Positions 18,290-20,379 of a DNA stretch of 20,379 bases are shown here, piece after piece. Each line of letters starts with the position of its first letter. Within the stretch, counting starts at the first letter, position 1. The notes under the pieces are model-generated. The model did not search any database and was not told the DNA's origin. It worked only from the letters and a program-made list of their open reading frames with translations. The stretch comes from Octopus sinensis (lineage: Eukaryota), in the NCBI RefSeq assembly GCF_006345805.1, contig NW_021825831.1, forward strand, positions 1-20,379. Direction: 5' to 3'. The position numbers and the translations under genes were made by a program.

Positions 18290-18663
18290 TTCTTTTATTT
18301 GATTTAGTCATTTGACTGCGGCCATGCTGGAGCACTACTTTTGGAAGAACAAATCAACCCCAGAACTTATTCTTTGTAAGCTGACTACTTATTCTATCAG
18401 TCTCTTTTGCCAAACCGCTAAGTTACGGGTGCATAAACACCAACATTGGTTGTCAAGCAATTGTGGGGGGGACAAACACAGACACACAAACATATTCATA
18501 TATATGTATATACGATGAACTTCTTTCAGTTTCCATTTTTTAAATCTATTCACAAGGTTTTGGTCGACCCAAAGCTATAGTGGAAGACTTGCCCAAGGTG
18601 CCATGCAGTGGGACTGAGCCCGGAACCACATGGTTGGTAAGCAAGCTTCTTACCACACAGCCA
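18290..18663 (-). mobile_element. Full-length tRNA-derived SINE (major family)
   Basis: Colinear with 6018-6379 and antisense to 17335-17703. Confidence 0.92.
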
Positions 18664-18769
18664 TGACTGTGCCAAATGTATGTGTATATACAGGAAACCT
18701 CTTTCAAGAATCCTAACTTTCTTCAAAATTGTTATTTTTTATTTTTGCCTCACTTTTAAGGTAAATAAT

Positions 18770-18918
18770 GTAAGAAGCTTGCTTCCCAACCACACAGTTC
18801 CAAGTTCAGTCCCACTGCATGGCACCTTGGGCAAGTGTCTTCTACTGTAGCCTCGAGCTGACCAAAGCCTTGTGAGCGGATTTGGTAGACGGAAACTGAA
18901 AGAAGCCCGTCGTGTATA
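18770..18918 (+). mobile_element. SINE 5' half (3' half at 19885-20325)
   Basis: GTAAGAAGCTTGCTTCCCAACCAC...GGCACCTTGGGCAAGTGTC...GAAAGAAGCCCGTCGTGTATAT stops at the central microsatellite. Confidence 0.9.
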
Positions 18919-19039
18919 TCCGCTATATCAGAAATCTGCAATGGTTCCCTAACTACCATCTCAGCTATAACCTTGGAGCCCTAGTAATCCATTACAGCAC
19001 TTACCTGGCGTACCTAATCATTTAGATCACCTGTCAACT

Positions 19040-19882
19040 AAACTGTATGATGCATGTGTGCGAACTGCCATGCTACATGGCAATGAAACATGGGCCGTGT
19101 CTGCTGAGGACATGCGTAGGCTTGAAAGAAATGAAGCTAGTATGATCCGCTGGATGTGTAATGTCAATGTGTCTACATGACAGAGTGTGAGTGCCCTGAG
19201 AGGAAAGTTGGACATAAGCATCAAATGTGGTGAGCAAGAGAGATGACTGCACTGGTGTGGTCATGTGCTACGTATGGATGAGGACAGCTGTGTGAGGAAG
19301 CGCCACACCCTAACTGTGGAAGGACCTTGTGGAAGGAACCTGTGGAAGAGGTAGACCCAGGAAGACATGGGATGAGGTGGTGAAGGATGACCTTTGAGTT
19401 TTGGAGCTCACAGAGGCCGTGACAGGAGGCCGAGGCCTTTGGAGATATGCTGTGATTGAGAAGACCCAGCAACTAAAGTGAGATCGCAGCCATGGCCGAT
19501 GCCAGTGTTGCATGTCTGGCCCATCTAAGAGTACCCCTGATGTGTCAGGTGATACGATATGCTTGAAAAGACCTGTTGAGTCAAGTAAAACCAAAATTGC
19601 AGCTGTGGTCAGTGCTTCCTGACTGGCTCCCATGTTGGTGGCACATAAAAAGCACTATCTGAATGTTTTTGTGCCAGGCCTGCCTGACTGGCTCCTGTGC
19701 CGGTGGCATGTAAAAAGCATCCACTACACTTTCAGAGTGGTTGGCATTAGGAAGGGCATGCAGCTGTAGAAACCCTGCCAGACTAGAATGGAGCCTGGTG
19801 CAGCCTCCTGGCTTCCCAGACCTCAGTCAAACCGTCCAACCCATGCCAGCATGGAAAACGGACGTTAAACGATGATGATGAT
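19040..19882 (+). mobile_element. 5'-truncated RTE LINE (ORF C-terminus, 3' UTR, (GAT)n)
   Basis: KLYDACVRTAMLHGNETWAV...RRLERNEASMIRWMC...L.W.GHVLRMDEDSCV...GRGRPRKTWDEVVKDDL...LWRYAVIEKTQQLK* (TGA 19479-19481), with internal stops and a short duplication near 19315-19350. A ~400-nt UTR ends in GGACGTTAAACGATGATGATG. Confidence 0.92.
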
Positions 19883-19884
19883 AT

Positions 19885-20325
19885 ATTTGTGTGTGTCTGA
19901 GTTTGTCCCCACCCCCAACTACCGCTTGACAACCAGTGTTGATGTGTTTGCATCAGGGCTGTGGAATCAAAACAAAAACCTTCGATTCCGACTCCTCTAC
20001 CATTGGCACCTCTGACGCTGACTCTTCTTTATGTAATCAAGTGATTGTGGTCTACACATCTCATAAAGCACATGCATACGCTTGTACTTTGAGTCGGCCT
20101 ATAGGTTACAACTGGTTTATATTAAGGAATAAAGACATTGTGAATCAGGATTGGAGTCAGTATAGTTTTACTGACTCCGACTCCACAGCCCTGGTGTTTA
20201 CATCCCTGTAACTTAGCAGCTTGGCAAAAGAGAATGATAGAATAAGTCCTGGGGTCAATTTGCTAAACTAAAACCCCTTCGAGGTGGTGCTCCAGCATGG
20301 CCACAGTCAAATGACTGAAACAACT
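19885..20325 (+). mobile_element. SINE 3' half, interrupted by a MITE
   Basis: GTGTGTGTCTGAGTTTGTCCCC...GCTTGACAACCAGTGTTGATGTGTTT [MITE] GTGTTTACATCCCTGTAACTTAGC...GGTGCTCCAGCATGGCCACAGTCAAATGACTGAAAC. Confidence 0.88.
19954..20193. mobile_element. MITE (240 bp, hAT-like termini, tentative)
   Basis: TIRs CAGGGCTGTGGAATC / GACTCCACAGCCCTG (14/15 match), flanked by GTGTTTGCAT and GTGTTTACAT. Subterminal GACTCC/GGAGTC repeats; perfect 10-bp hairpin at 20153-20178. Confidence 0.88.
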
Positions 20326-20379
20326 AATTAGCAGCCTCAAGTGAGTTCATGCAATGCTTATCAAACAGACTGGTCTCCT

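Noticed and set aside
1-20379. CRISPR array, operon or prokaryotic defence system
   Set aside because: No regularly spaced repeats with unique spacers and no dense intact ORFs; the content is eukaryotic repeat DNA.

Overview
This is AT-rich eukaryotic DNA made almost entirely of transposon remnants and microsatellites, with no intact protein-coding gene. The tRNA-derived SINEs, (GAT)n-tailed RTE fragments and dense (TA)n/(TG)n tracts resemble an octopus genome; this is an inference from recalled repeat sequences, not a database hit. Recognisable elements: an L1/Tx1 endonuclease fragment; a decayed full-length Tc1-like transposon with DD36E spacing; a 5'-truncated CR1 LINE broken only by three 1-bp indels and one repair scar; several RTE pieces; two Penelope-like (PLE) 3' fragments with hammerhead-ribozyme remnants; a non-autonomous Helitron with both termini; two MITEs; and many SINEs, one split by nested insertions. 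Non-TE content: a ~400-bp segment duplicated 7.2 kb apart, and a decayed beta-propeller (NHL-like) coding segment. The most unusual structure is 7745-8190 (minus), where a Penelope GIY-YIG ORF end runs directly into a tRNA-like Pol III head, an (AAY)n spacer and a hammerhead core. Most ORFs in the supplied track are microsatellite or antisense artefacts.
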